Part shown: positions 11,029 to 23,481 of the stretch, in pieces | How the letters are laid out: each line of letters opens with the position of its first letter | Position numbering within the stretch: the first letter of the stretch is position 1 | DNA from: Prasinococcaceae sp. CCMP 1430 | Taxonomy: Eukaryota > Plantae > Prasinodermophyta | Direction of reading: 5' to 3' | Assembly (NCBI GenBank): GCA_013416795.1 | Contig: RQSC01000004.1 | Span: 433,918-487,655 of the forward strand | DNA length: 53,738 nucleotides | Notes under the pieces: generated by a model | Seen by the model: only the letters and a program-made list of their open reading frames with translations | The model's database searches: none | Told to the model about the DNA's origin: nothing | Translations under genes and position numbers: made by a program

Positions 11029-14000
11029 ATGAGCGCGCTCAGCGCGAGCGCGCCGCCGGCGCGCGCCGAGGCTCCTGAGATTCGTCCCACCACCGAGCGG
11101 GGGCCGTGGGAGCGCGCGCGGGCGATGTCCGACGGGTGGCGGCGCGCGCCGGGCGGGCGCACCTATGGGCGCCCGCAGGAGCAGCAGCAGCAAAGGCAGC
11201 ACGGGCACGGGCAGGACGGTCAGGGTCAGCACCAGCAGCAGCACGCGGGGGAGCGGCGGCAGTGGGTCCCGCCGCCAGGGCCGGCGCTCGGGCCACAGGC
11301 CATGGGGACGCCCTCTTCCGTGTGGAGCGCCGGGGAGGGAGGTGAGCGCCCGCGCCAGGACGCGCCCGCGTGCGCGAGCGCACGGCAGCGTGCGGTGGCG
11401 GCGGCTGCGCGAGCGAGGGCTGACGCGGGGGTGGCATTGACCTCTGGGCACGTTGCGCGCGCGTGCGCCGCAGGTGGAGCGGGTGCCCCGACTGGGGGAT
11501 TGCTGTCCCCGGGCGCGCCGTCGTCGATTGCTGGGTACGCGCCCTCACAGGCGCATGCAGGACCGCACGCCGCTGCGCGCTCGTCTCCCGGCTATGGATA
11601 CGCGCCGCGCGCAGCTGCCGCTGGCGGCAGCACAGCCGGCGCGGCGGCCCCTGCGGAGCCAGCCTCGTCCGCGCGCGACCTCGACCGCGCGTGGTACGAC
11701 ACTGACACGGCAGATGCGGGTGCGAACTTCGTCGGCGATCCCAGCAAATGGGCCGCAAAGGAGAAAGAGATGGAGGAGCGCAAGCTGCGCAATGGTGGCG
11801 TGATGTCGCTCGCTGGCTATCGAAAGAAAAGCGCAGCGCGCAAGGACCAGGCGGCCTGGGAGGCAACCGCCCTGGGGCGCAGTGGCGTACTCGCGCAGGG
11901 CGAGGTCGATTTGGACTTCAGCGCGGAGGACGATGCCAAGTTGGTGCTGCTCGTGCACGATGCGCGGCCGCCATTCCTCGCCGGGAAGAACAAGAAGGCG
12001 CTCGACATGAAGGCCGAGACGCTGCTGCCTGTCAAGGACCCCACGAGCGACATGGCCGTTCTCGCACGCAAGGGGTCGCAGGTACTGCAGACAATGCGCG
12101 AGAAGCGCGACGCCACCAAGAGCCGGGAGCGGTTCTGGGAGCTGCACAACACGCGGCTGGGCAACCTTCTAGGCGCGCAGAAGAGCGAGAAGCAGAAGGA
12201 GCTCGACGAGGATGACGAGCACACACTCGAGGCGAGGGTGGAGGCGGAGCTCAATAGAAACGCCGGGAAGCGCAAGGGCAAGTTAGGGGAGGGCGAGCAC
12301 TCCATGGCGAAACAGGAGGCCTCGAGCGCGTTCGCGAAGACAAAGACCATCCGCGAGCAGCGCGAATTTCTGCCTGTGTTCGATGTGCGCGACGAGCTCG
12401 AGACGGTCGTGCGCGAGAACCAGATCGTGGTGGTGGTGGGTGAAACGGGTTCGGGCAAGACGACGCAGATGACGCAGTACATGCACGAGTGGGGCTTTAC
12501 GCGCATCGGCAAGGTTGGCTGCACGCAGCCGCGCCGCGTGGCCGCCATGAGCGTCGCGCAGCGCGTGGCCGAGGAGATGGGCTCGAGCGTTGGCGGCCTG
12601 TGCGGCTACTCAATTCGCTTCGAGGACTGCACGAGCTCAGAGACGGTGATCAAATACATGACCGACGGCGTGCTGCTCCGCGAGACCTTGCGCGATGAGG
12701 ACCTGGACAACTACTCGTGCATCATCATGGACGAAGCACACGAGCGCTCGTTGCACACAGACGTACTCTTCGGCGTGCTCAAGCGCGTGGTCGCGCGGCG
12801 CCGCGACTTCCGCCTGATCGTCACCAGCGCCACCATGAATTCGGACAAGTTCTCGCACTTCTTCGGAAGCGCGCCCATCTTCCACATCCCGGGGCGCACG
12901 TTTCCTGTCGACACGATGTTTTCGTGGTCGCCCGTTACCGACTACGTTGAGGGTGCGGTCAAGCAGGTCATGCAGATCCACCTGGGCCAGCCCGCTGGTG
13001 ACATCCTGGTGTTCATGACGGGCCAGGACGACATCGAGTGCACGTGCTTCGCACTGGCGGAGCGCATCTCGCAGCTGGGCGAGGATGCGCCGCCGCTGTC
13101 CATCCTGCCGATCTACTCGCAGCTGCCCGCCGACCTGCAGGCCAAGATCTTTCAGAAGAGCGAGGGTGGTGAGCGCAAGGTCGTGGTGGCGACCAACATC
13201 GCCGAGACCTCGCTCACGCTCGACGGCATTCGCTATGTGGTCGACAGCGGCTTCCAGAAGATGAAGGTGTACAACCCGCGCATGGGCATGGACGCGCTGC
13301 AGGTCTTTCCCGTGTCGCAGGCGGCGGCCAATCAGCGCTCGGGGCGCGCCGGGCGCACGGGCCCGGGTGTGTGCTATCGGCTGTACACGGAGAGCGCCTT
13401 CCGCAACGAGCTACTGCAGAGTGCCATGCCCGAGATCCAGCGCACGAACCTCAGCAACGTGGTCCTGCTGCTCAAGTCGCTCAACGTGGGCGATCTGCTC
13501 GGCTTCGACTTCATGGATCCTCCGCCCGAGGACAACCTTCTGAACGCGATGTACTCGCTGTGGGTGCTGGGCGCGCTCGACGACCACGCGAACCTCACGC
13601 AGACGGGCAAGAAGATGGTGGAGTTCCCACTCGACCCACCGCTATCCAAGATGCTGCTCTTCGGCGAGGCCTCGGGCTGCGCGGGCGAGATCCTGACCAT
13701 CGTGTCGATGCTCAGCGTGCCGCCGGTCTTCTTCCGGCCCGCCGGCCGAGAGGACGACGCCGACCAGGCGCGCGAGCGCTTCTTCGTGCCCGAGAGCGAC
13801 CACCTGACGCTGCTCAACGTGTATACGCAGTGGCGGCAGAACCAGTTTCGCGGCGAGTGGTGCAACAGGCAGTTCCTCCACGTGAAGGCGCTGCGCAAGG
13901 CGCGCGAGGTGCGCCAGCAGCTGCTCGAGATAATGGAGCAGCGGAACGTGAGCCTCGACGGGCGGCGCAACGACGACGACGTGGTGCGCAAGGCCATCTG

Positions 14001-14496
14001 CAGCGCGTACTTCAGCCACGCAGCGCGGCTCAAGAGCCTCGGCGAGTACCAGAACGCCCGCTCGGGCGTCGAGGCGCACCTGCATCCCACCAGCGCTCTC
14101 TACGCGAGCAACGCGCTGCACGACTACGTGGTGTACCACGAGCTGGTGATGACCAAGAAGGAGTACATGCAGTGCGTGACCGCCGTTGAGCCCGAGTGGC
14201 TCGCCGAGCTCGGCCCGATGTTCTTCTCCATCCGAAGCACCGACCGCGCTGATCGGCTGCGATTCGCGCAGGCGGCCAGGGAGAGGGAGGCGCAAAAGCG
14301 CAAGGAGGCGGGCGAGGCGCCAGCGGCTCCGTTGGGGAGGGCGGGAGGGATTGGTGGGGCTGGGGGTGCTGCGGGGGCCAAGCGCCCGCGCGAGGAGGCG
14401 CGTGGCAGCACGGCCGAAGCGCGCGGCAGTGCGCTCGCGCAGGGCCTCGCGGCGCGCAGGCAGCAGATGCAAAAGCAGAGACGCAGGGGCTTCTGA
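11029..14496 (+). CDS. PRP16: DEAH-box splicing helicase PRP16/DHX38. Probable in-frame 132-nt intron at 11342-11473
   Basis: Motif I GETGSGKTTQ, CTQPRRVAAMSVA, DEAHERSL, SAT, QRSGRAGRTGPG, HA2/OB-fold C-terminus. N-terminal DLDRAWYD and PVKDPTSDMAVLARKGS are PRP16-specific as I recall them. Confidence 0.95.
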   Translation: MSALSASAPPARAEAPEIRPTTERGPWERARAMSDGWRRAPGGRTYGRPQEQQQQRQHGHGQDGQGQHQQQHAGERRQWVPPPGPALGPQAMGTPSSVWSAGEGGERPRQDAPACASARQRAVAAAARARADAGVALTSGHVARACAAGGAGAPTGGLLSPGAPSSIAGYAPSQAHAGPHAAARSSPGYGYAPRAAAAGGSTAGAAAPAEPASSARDLDRAWYDTDTADAGANFVGDPSKWAAKEKEMEERKLRNGGVMSLAGYRKKSAARKDQAAWEATALGRSGVLAQGEVDLDFSAEDDAKLVLLVHDARPPFLAGKNKKALDMKAETLLPVKDPTSDMAVLARKGSQVLQTMREKRDATKSRERFWELHNTRLGNLLGAQKSEKQKELDEDDEHTLEARVEAELNRNAGKRKGKLGEGEHSMAKQEASSAFAKTKTIREQREFLPVFDVRDELETVVRENQIVVVVGETGSGKTTQMTQYMHEWGFTRIGKVGCTQPRRVAAMSVAQRVAEEMGSSVGGLCGYSIRFEDCTSSETVIKYMTDGVLLRETLRDEDLDNYSCIIMDEAHERSLHTDVLFGVLKRVVARRRDFRLIVTSATMNSDKFSHFFGSAPIFHIPGRTFPVDTMFSWSPVTDYVEGAVKQVMQIHLGQPAGDILVFMTGQDDIECTCFALAERISQLGEDAPPLSILPIYSQLPADLQAKIFQKSEGGERKVVVATNIAETSLTLDGIRYVVDSGFQKMKVYNPRMGMDALQVFPVSQAAANQRSGRAGRTGPGVCYRLYTESAFRNELLQSAMPEIQRTNLSNVVLLLKSLNVGDLLGFDFMDPPPEDNLLNAMYSLWVLGALDDHANLTQTGKKMVEFPLDPPLSKMLLFGEASGCAGEILTIVSMLSVPPVFFRPAGREDDADQARERFFVPESDHLTLLNVYTQWRQNQFRGEWCNRQFLHVKALRKAREVRQQLLEIMEQRNVSLDGRRNDDDVVRKAICSAYFSHAARLKSLGEYQNARSGVEAHLHPTSALYASNALHDYVVYHELVMTKKEYMQCVTAVEPEWLAELGPMFFSIRSTDRADRLRFAQAAREREAQKRKEAGEAPAAPLGRAGGIGGAGGAAGAKRPREEARGSTAEARGSALAQGLAARRQQMQKQRRRGF

Positions 14497-14551
14497 GCGA
14501 TCGATCGAGCTTGCGGCCCTTTAATAATACATAAGCTGCGCGCGAGAGCAT

Positions 14552-16042
14552 CTACTTGTCCTTCTTGTCCGCGTCGGTGAACGAGGCGTCGATGACGTCG
14601 TCGGGGCCGTCGGCGGCCGCGCCGCCCGGCGGCGGCGGCGGCGCGCCGCCAGTGCGCCGCCAGCCTCGGCGCCCGGCGCGCCGCCCGCCTCGGGGCCCGG
14701 CGCGCCCTGGCTGTACACGGCCTGCCCGAGCGCCATCATGGCCTCCTGCAGCGCCTCCTGCCCGCTCTTCATGTCGGCGATGTTGTCCGCCGCCACGGCC
14801 TCCTCGAGGGCCTTGAGCTTGTCCTCAACGGTGGACTTGAGGTCGGCCGGCGCCTTGTCGCCGAACTCCTCGAGCTGCTTCTTGGTCTGGTAGACGGCGG
14901 AGTCCGCCTGGTTCTTGGTGTCCACCGCGTCGCGCTGCGCCTGGTCGGCCTCGGCGTTGGCCTCGGCGTCCTTCATCATGCGCTCCACCTCGTCGTCCGC
15001 CAGCGTCGACGCGCCGGTGATCTTGATGTCGGCCACCTTGCCGGTGCCCTTGTCGGTCGCCGACACGGACAGGATGCCGTTGGCGTCGAGGTCGAACTTC
15101 ACCTCGATCTGCGGCACGCCGCGCGGCGCCGGCGGGATGCCATCGAGCTTGAAGTTGCCCACCTGCTTGTTGTCCTTGACGAACTCGCGCTCGCCCTGGC
15201 AGACGTTGATCTCCACGCTCGTCTGGCCGTCGGCGGCGGTGGAGAAGACCTCGCTCTTGGAGGTCGGCAGGGTGGTGTTCCTCGGGATGATCTTGGTGAG
15301 CACGCCGCCGAGGGTCTCGAGGCCGAGCGACAGCGGGGTCACGTCGAGCAGCACGATGTCCGAGACCTCGCCGCCGAGCACGCCGGCCTGCACGGCCGCG
15401 CCGAGAGCAACGCACTCATCGGGGTTCACGGTGAGGTTGGGGTCCTTGCCGGTGAGGCTCTTGACGAGCGCCTGCACCGCCGGGATGCGCGTCGAGCCGC
15501 CGACGAGGATGACCTCCTGGATGTCGCTCAGCGAGAGGCTGGCGTCCTTGAGGGCGCTCTCCACCGGCACGCGGCAGCGGTCGATGAGGTCCGAGCAGAT
15601 CTCCTCGAACTTCTGGCGAGTCAGGTTGGTGTCGATGTGCTTGGGGCCGTCGGCGGTCGCGGTGATGAAGGGCAGCGAGATGGCCGTCTGCGTCAGGTTG
15701 GAGAGCTCCATCTTGGCCTTCTCCGCGGTCTCGGTGAGGCGCTGCAGGGCCTGCTTGTCCGAGCGGAGGTCGATGCCCTCCTCCTGCTGGAAGCTGTCCG
15801 CGAGCCAGTCCACGATGCGCTTGTCGAAGTCGTCGCCGCCGAGGTGCGTGTCGCCCGAGGTGGAGAGCACCTCGAAGACGCCGTCGCCGACCTCGAGCAC
15901 CGACACGTCGAAGGTGCCGCCGCCCAGGTCGAACACGAGGATGGTCTCGTTGTTCTTCGACTCAAAGCCGTACGCGAGCGACGCGGCCGTCGGCTCGTTG
16001 ATGATGCGCAGCACCTCCACGCCGGCGATCTTGCCGGCGTCC

Positions 16043-16083
<41 letters not shown>

Positions 16084-17238
16084 GGTGATCACCGCCTGCT
16101 TGACGTCGTCGCCGAGGAACTTGGACGCGTCGCCGACGAGCTTGCGCAGCACCTGCGAGGAGATCTCCTCCGGCGCGAACTCCTTGCCGACGGTGTCGCA
16201 CTTGATCTTCACGTTGCCGCTGCCGTCGGCGATGACGTTGTACGGCACCTGCTTGCTCTCCTCACCGACCTCGTCGTACTTGCGGCCGACGAAGCGCTTC
16301 ACCGAGAAGAAGGTGTTCTCGGGGTTCACCACGCCCTGTCGAGGAGGAAGACGAGGGGGCGGGGCGAGCCGTCGGCGTCGGCGTCTGCGTCAGCGCAAAC
16401 CCTCGCGGCCCAACCGATCCAGACGCGGCGACGCGCGCGGCGGGGTGCGCTGGCCCGCGCCGCAGGTGTCGCGGCCTGCGCCGCACGAACAATCCCAAAA
16501 CCCTCGGAAAAAAAAATGCGCGCGTCACCGGTGACGCGCGCGCGCCGCGCAGGCGCTGCGCGCGCACCGCGCGGGCTGCTCCCGTCGCGAGGCGAGCGAG
16601 CACATCGGGGCAGACGCGGACAGTTTGTGCGACCCGCCCTTGGGCGATTCTGGGGGCGGCGCGCGGCGCGCGCAGAGGGGGGCTCGCGTGCGCGTAGCGC
16701 GCGCTGGGGCCACCTGCACCACTTTTTTTTTCCCCGTCGCGCGCACGCAGGCGGCGCAGAAAAACGCGGGGTAGGGAGGCGCGGGCGGCGGCGGCAGCGA
16801 CGGGCGGCGCGCTCTGCTCACCTGGCGCTTGGCGATCTGTCCGACGAGGAGGTTGCCGTCCTTGCCGTAGGCCACCACCGACGGGGTGGTGCGCGCACCC
16901 TCGGCGTTGGTCACGATGGTCGGCTTGCCACCTGCGCGTGGCGGAGGTCGCGGCGCCGGCGTCAGCAGAGCGCTCTGCTGTGTGTGGGTGACATGGGTGG
17001 GGTGGGGTGGGAGGGCGCGGGTGCAGTTGCGGGCGGGCGACGCGGGCGCCGGGCGACGCGGCGGTGGCCGTTTCGCAGCTTCACGCACCCTCCATCGCGG
17101 CCACGGCCGAGTTGGTCGTGCCGAGGTCGATGCCGACGACCTTCTCGGCGACGGTCGCCTCGCGGCGCGTCGCCGCGCGCGCGGTGCGCGCGCAGCCAGG
17201 TATTCGGCCGAGACGGCCTCCATGCCGAGCGCCGCCAT
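14552..17238 (-). CDS. HSP70B: Plastid stromal Hsp70 (HSP70B/DnaK type). Exons about 17238-17089, 16931-16822, 16335-14552; apparent indels near 14651 and in the transit peptide
   Basis: [19 protein letters not shown]|[21 protein letters not shown]...KRQ|[38 protein letters not shown], then C-terminal [16 protein letters not shown] in a shifted frame. Both introns are GT-AG and frame-consistent. Confidence 0.95.
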
Positions 17239-17444
17239 CTCGAACGCGGGCGGGAAGGGGGGAGGGGTTCGGAAGGGTCGCTCCGGGAAGCGGGGCTCTC
17301 GCCTGCGCGCGATGTGGCGCGCCACCGCACCCCTCGCGCCCGTATGCGCCCCACGCGCTCCGCTCCGGCGCGCGCGCGCGCGCCAGCCAGCCGCCGCCCT
17401 CACGCCCGCACCCGCGCCATCAAAACCCATCCGCGCGCCCGCCA

Positions 17445-17457
17445 TTCCAGAAACTTC
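17445..17457. promoter_or_regulatory. Perfect three-unit heat-shock element (TTCnnGAAnnTTC)
   Basis: TTC-ca-GAA-ac-TTC about 210 bp upstream of the HSP70B start; matches the HSF consensus. Confidence 0.7.
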
Positions 17458-18114
17458 GCTTTCGCGCAACGAATCACTCCCTGTATTTTCATAATTACCA
17501 TAATTCACGCGCGCATACCCGCTTTTATCAATGTATTATGACATACACACGCACGCGTCGGTCCGCGCTCAATCCGGTTTTAAAAACGCAGAGAGCTCTT
17601 CGAAATTCGAGCTTTCCGCCGAACGCTCCGGGCTCCGGGGGCTCAGCGCTGTCCCGTAACTAACATCCCATTTCCACCGCCGTCCGGGGCGCCCAAATTA
17701 GGGTCCGCGCTCGGCCCGCGCGCGCCATCACGCAGCATCTGCGATGCGCGGCACTCGTGGGTACAAACCCAAACGTGTGGGGATTCGGGTGTTTGGGGTT
17801 CGCGCGCGCCGTCGCGCGGCAGCTGCCTGCGCGGCAGGGCGGCTGGATCGTTTGCGGGGCGTCGACGGGCGCCCTCCGCCGCGCTCCGGAAGCTTCCGGG
17901 GCCCGGCGCACATTCGCGCCGAAAGCGGGCGCGGCCCGGGGGCCCGCGCGCCCGCGCGCGCAAAAAAAAGAAAAAAGAAAAAAGGAAGGGTTTGCGCGGA
18001 ATCGACGAATACTGTACACAGTAAATAAATGCCGCCGCCCGCGTGGGGAAAAAAAAAAACGAGGATGGGGCGGGGGAACATGCGCCGGCGCGAGCGGGTG
18101 CGGCGGCGGAGGCG

Positions 18115-18746
18115 GCCGTCCGGGTGGTCGACGCCGGAGCTGCTCAGCAGCACGAGGTGCAACGGCTCAGCCGCGCCGTCGTCTGTGCCCGCCGCCGCGT
18201 CGCACACGTGCGCCACCGCGTCGCTCACGCCGCCGCGCGGGTTGTCGTTGCCGGCGCTGCTCAGCAGCAAGATGCGTAGAGGCTCGCCCGCGCTCGCGTC
18301 CATGCCCGCCACCGCGTCGCACACGAGCGCCGCGGCGTCGCTCACGAGCCGCGCGGGCGGCCCGTCCATGCCAATGCCCTCGAAGCCCTCCAAGGGCAGG
18401 TTGCGGTAGCCCAGGCAGCACACGCACCCGCTGCAGTCGCTGAGCAGCGCGCGCATTGACTCAACTGACATCGTGGTGACCTCTTCCTCGGCGGCCTCGA
18501 AGTGCGGGTTGCTAAGCAGGGCGGGTGCCACGGGGGCTCGGCCGACGATCTAGGTACGCGGATGAGGTGAAGCGCTCGGTCAGCCGGGCATTCGCCGCAC
18601 GCTCGCCATCGCTCATCGCCCCCGGCGCTCAGCCGGCACAGGCGCGCGCACGCACCCCACGGACGCTGTTGCCCCGCTCGAGCAGCTCGGCGCTGACGGC
18701 GGCAGCGACGCGGCCGCTGGCTCCGAGCACGAGCACCTTCCGTCCG
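18115..18746 (-). CDS. NAD(P)-binding Rossmann-fold protein (NAD_binding_10/flavin-reductase-like). Internally duplicated and apparently 3'-truncated; possibly a pseudogene
   Basis: KVLVLGASGRVAAAVSAELLERGNSVRG|IVGRAPVAPALLSNPHF...LLSDCSGCVCCLGYRN...PPARLVSDAA..LRILLLSSAG. Intron 18655-18550 (GT..TAG) is in frame. No start codon is identified and the expected C-terminal part is missing. Confidence 0.6.
18121..18345 (-). repeat. 117-bp (39-codon) in-frame tandem duplication inside the NAD(P)-binding gene
   Basis: VSDAAALVCDAVAGMDASAGEPLRILLLSSAGNDNP vs VSDAVAHVCDAAAGTDDGAAEPLHLVLLSSSGVDHP; tgctcagcag at 18141 and 18258. Confidence 0.85.
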
Positions 18747-19368
18747 CGCGCGCCCGCGCGGGCGTTGGCGTGCACGCGGACGCGGTCGAGCGCACGCTTC
18801 GCCGCATCCGGATACGCGCGGACGCCCGTAGCGGCGAGCGCCGTCACGAGCGACGCCTCGCGCCAGTGGGCGCCGGCTGCGTGGGCCGGCACGTCGCGAT
18901 CCTTCGCGCGTTCTATACGAAGGCGACGCCATCGCTCTCGGCGCCGCAAGCCACTGGCGCCAAGCACCAGCATCCTGTGCCGTCGCCCCCCCTTGGACTC
19001 GGCCGCGTCTTCGCCCGCGTCCCCCCACGTTGCCGCATCCGCGTCGGCGCCTCCGCCCGCGGCGGCGAGCGCGGCGGCGAGGAGCGCCTCNGCTCGGCTA
19101 CCGAAGCCGCCAGTGCTCGTCGCTCTCCAAACCCCCTCCTCCCCCTCCCCACTTCCCTCCCGCGCGGCCCCGGGGCCACCCCCTCCCCTCCCAACCCCTC
19201 GCACCGCTCCCCCTCCACAGTGCGCTCTCTGGCAGCCGTGGCACCTGCGCCCCCTCGCACGCGCACTTTTCGGCCCGCGTGACAGTGTGCATAGAGATAT
19301 TTCCATGTCCATGTTAGGGTTGTCCCTTTTCAGGTCCTAGCTTTGGAGAGGGTTAGGAAAGGAAATAT

Positions 19369-20604
19369 TTACAATGTTGTCCCAGCGCCGAGCAGCGCGG
19401 CGAGCGCGCGCGACCGCTCGATCACGTCCGGGTCGGAGGCTTTGGACTCCTCCTCGTCGAGCTGGGCGAAGAGCGCCTTGAAAGACGCGTAGTGCTGCTC
19501 CGCGCGACCGATGTCGCCGTTGTTGTACAGGGTGATGGCATAGTTCAGCTCGAAGAGGTGGTCCTGCTCCATCTCAATGGCCTTCTCGTACGCCGAGCAC
19601 GAATTCTCGAAGTCGTCGAGGCGCGCGAGGGTGATGGCGAGGTACATGTACGAACTCGCGAAGTCGGGTTTGAGATTGATCGAGCTCGAGAAGAAATGGA
19701 AGGCGCTCGCGTGCTGCCCGGTGTTGAGGTGCACCAGCCCGAGGTTGTACGAGATGATCCACTCGAAGGGGTCCAGGTACAGCGCCTTCTTCAGGCACGC
19801 CACGGCCGCCACGTACTTCTGCTTGGAGAAGAAGCACATGCCCACATTGTTCCACAGCTGCGCGCTGTTGGGCGTCTGCACCGCCGCCACGCGGTACTTG
19901 ACCAGCGCGACATCGCAGTCGGAGTTGTCCTGGATGATTGAGCCCGCAGCCAGGATGGTCTTGGGGTTGCGTGGATCGTGAGTGAGCGAATTGCCCAAGA
20001 AGTCGAACGCGCGAAAGTTCTCCCCCAGGCGAAGGTACAGCAGTCCGACGACCGTCAGCATCTCCGAGTTCTCCGGCGAGAACTCCAGCGCCTCGAGGTA
20101 CACCTCCACTGCACTCTTGTAGTCCTCCTGCAGCGTGAAGACCTTGCCCAATTGCATGTACGTCACCTCGTGCTTCTGCTGCGAGTTGGCGCTGCGGAAG
20201 CTCTCGGCTGCGCGCTCGTACAGCTTCAAGTATATGCAACACAGCCCGATGCAGTGCCAGATTTCCCAATCGTCGAGCCCTGCAGCCTGCGCCTCCTCGT
20301 AGACGTCGAGCGCGGCCTGGTGTTTCCCGAGCAGGTAAAGCGAGCGCCCGACTTGCTTCATGTTGGCGAGGTTGCGCGGGTTGAGCGCTGCCGCCGCCTG
20401 GAACAGCGTCAGGCTCTCCGCAATCTGCCCGCGCTGCCGGAGTATGAGAGCCTTGACGTATACCGCGTACTCGCACCGCCCTTGCGTCGCCTCCATGACC
20501 TCCTCGGCCACCTTCAGGCACTCGTCGAAGTCATGCCGCACGTACAGCGCGTGCAGCTCGTGGTTGCGGGACACACTGGGCGCCGCCGCCGAGGAGGATG
20601 CCAT
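19369..20604 (-). CDS. BBS4: BBSome subunit BBS4 (TPR protein), 411 aa, intronless
   Basis: HALYVRHDFDECL, QGRCEYAVYVKALILR, NMKQVGRSLYLLGKH, LEFSPENSE, DVALVKYRV, QLWNNVGMCFF, YNLGLVHL, ASAFHFFS: collinear with human BBS4 as I recall it. Confidence 0.93.
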   Translation of the reverse strand: MASSSAAAPSVSRNHELHALYVRHDFDECLKVAEEVMEATQGRCEYAVYVKALILRQRGQIAESLTLFQAAAALNPRNLANMKQVGRSLYLLGKHQAALDVYEEAQAAGLDDWEIWHCIGLCCIYLKLYERAAESFRSANSQQKHEVTYMQLGKVFTLQEDYKSAVEVYLEALEFSPENSEMLTVVGLLYLRLGENFRAFDFLGNSLTHDPRNPKTILAAGSIIQDNSDCDVALVKYRVAAVQTPNSAQLWNNVGMCFFSKQKYVAAVACLKKALYLDPFEWIISYNLGLVHLNTGQHASAFHFFSSSINLKPDFASSYMYLAITLARLDDFENSCSAYEKAIEMEQDHLFELNYAITLYNNGDIGRAEQHYASFKALFAQLDEEESKASDPDVIERSRALAALLGAGTTL

Positions 20605-20869
20605 CGCTGCCGCCACGGGGCGGAGCGCCACTGAATGAAGCGCCCGGGCGGGGTGGCGCACTCGTAAGCCCGCGGCTGCTCCGACGGCGCGTGGGCAGCG
20701 CCCGCGTGTTTGCGCGGCGCGGCCTCGGGCGCTGTCTGCGGGGTCGCCGTCGGCGCCGGGCGTGCGGGTACACACGCGTCCACGGGAGGCCCAGCTGCGG
20801 CGCCCTCGAGCCCGGGCCCGCTCCTCGCCCTCCGCTTCGGGTCCCTCCGAGCCCTTGGCGTCTTCCGTC

Positions 20870-21837
20870 GATGCAACGAGGCCGCGCGGAAGCGGGAGAC
20901 TCCCCGCGAGCCGCAGGTGCCCGGGCGCCGTCGCGGGCGACAGGAGCGCGTTGAACGCCAGGCGACGCGAGCGCGTGACCGCCGCATTGGCCTCGGCCTT
21001 CTGCAGCGGCGTGTCGCCGACCGCACCGTCGAGGAGCTTGACGCTCACCTCAGCCTCGGGACGCTCGGTGGTGCCAAGCACCTTCCCCTGCACGTACAGG
21101 GCACCACTGATTGGCGGAGCGCGCTCGCTCACGCTGCCGTTGGGGCCGGGGGCGAGCTCGACCAAGTTCCCCGCCGGGCCGACGCCACCGCCGCCGGTGG
21201 TGGGCGCCCCCGCGGGGGAGGAGCGCGCGAGGCTGAGCAGCAGCGGCGCCGGGAACTCCACGAGCGAGAAGGTGGCATTCTGTTCGGGGCCCAGCAGCCT
21301 CCCGCTCATGCGCAGACTCGCGTCGCCGCTGTCCGCCTGGAGCCGCGACAGCACGAGGCCGGTGTCGGAGTCAAAGCTGCCGCTCGCGGCGAGCTCCTGC
21401 AGCGTGTGCGCACCCCATTGCCAGCCGGCGCCACGCAGATCGAAGACGGCGGTGTGCGTGGCCTCGTCCATGCCCTCCTTGGTGCCGCTCGCCTCCACGC
21501 GGCCCTGCCAGCGCCCGCGCAGATCGCGGAGCCCGGGGAGGGACCCGCCACTGCCACCGGAGTCCCCGACGGCGAGCTCTTTGGCGGGCGCCGTCGGGGC
21601 GTCACTGGAACGCTTGCCCTGCTTGGCGCCGCCTCCGCTCGCCGCGCCCGCGCCGTCGCTCGCGGCCCCCGCCGTGTTGAGCCTCCCGGCCTCGAGTCCC
21701 GCGGCAATCTCCAACTGCTGCGTGAGCTCGTCGGCGACGACGCCGAGGCCCTTGACGCCCTCGACGAAAGCGAGCTTCGTGCGTCCCACCGCGGCGCCAA
21801 AGTCAAGTTCGCCGCGCGTGGACTGCGAAAGCAGTTG
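20870..21837 (-). CDS. TIC236: Internal fragment (about 320 aa) of TIC236/EMB2410 (TamB-like plastid import bridge)
   Basis: LRDLRGRWQGRVEASG, FDLRGAGWQWG, LLGPEQNATFSLVEFP, PISGALYVQGKVLGTTERPEAEVSVKLLDGAVG and GHLRLAGSLP match, in order, plant TIC236 motifs upstream of the DUF490 domain. The fragment starts at the N at 21838, and no DUF490 domain follows. Confidence 0.75.
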
Positions 21838-21840
21838 NGC

Positions 21841-23310
<1,470 letters not shown>

Positions 23311-23481
23311 TCCGCAGTGCGCGCTGTATATTTAATGACGCCTCGGAAGTTGGCACGGCGTCGTACAAATAGTAGGATGAGTGCGGCGCGCCAGCACCGG
23401 CGGGCGAGCTGGTGGACACGCGCACGGAGAGAATTGGGGGAAAATTACGCGCGTCCGAGCTAAGGCGCGCTGGCCGCGCGT

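Noticed and set aside
14915-17541. Long plus-strand ORFs (539 and 634 aa) opposite HSP70, and similar ORFs opposite other genes
   Set aside because: Antisense shadow ORFs caused by extreme GC3 bias, a well-known effect at hsp70 genes; no independent motifs.
19369-20604. BBS8/TTC8 or OGT as the identity of the TPR protein
   Set aside because: The N-terminal HxxYxRxD...QGxCEYA and WNNxGMCFF motifs match BBS4 as I recall it.
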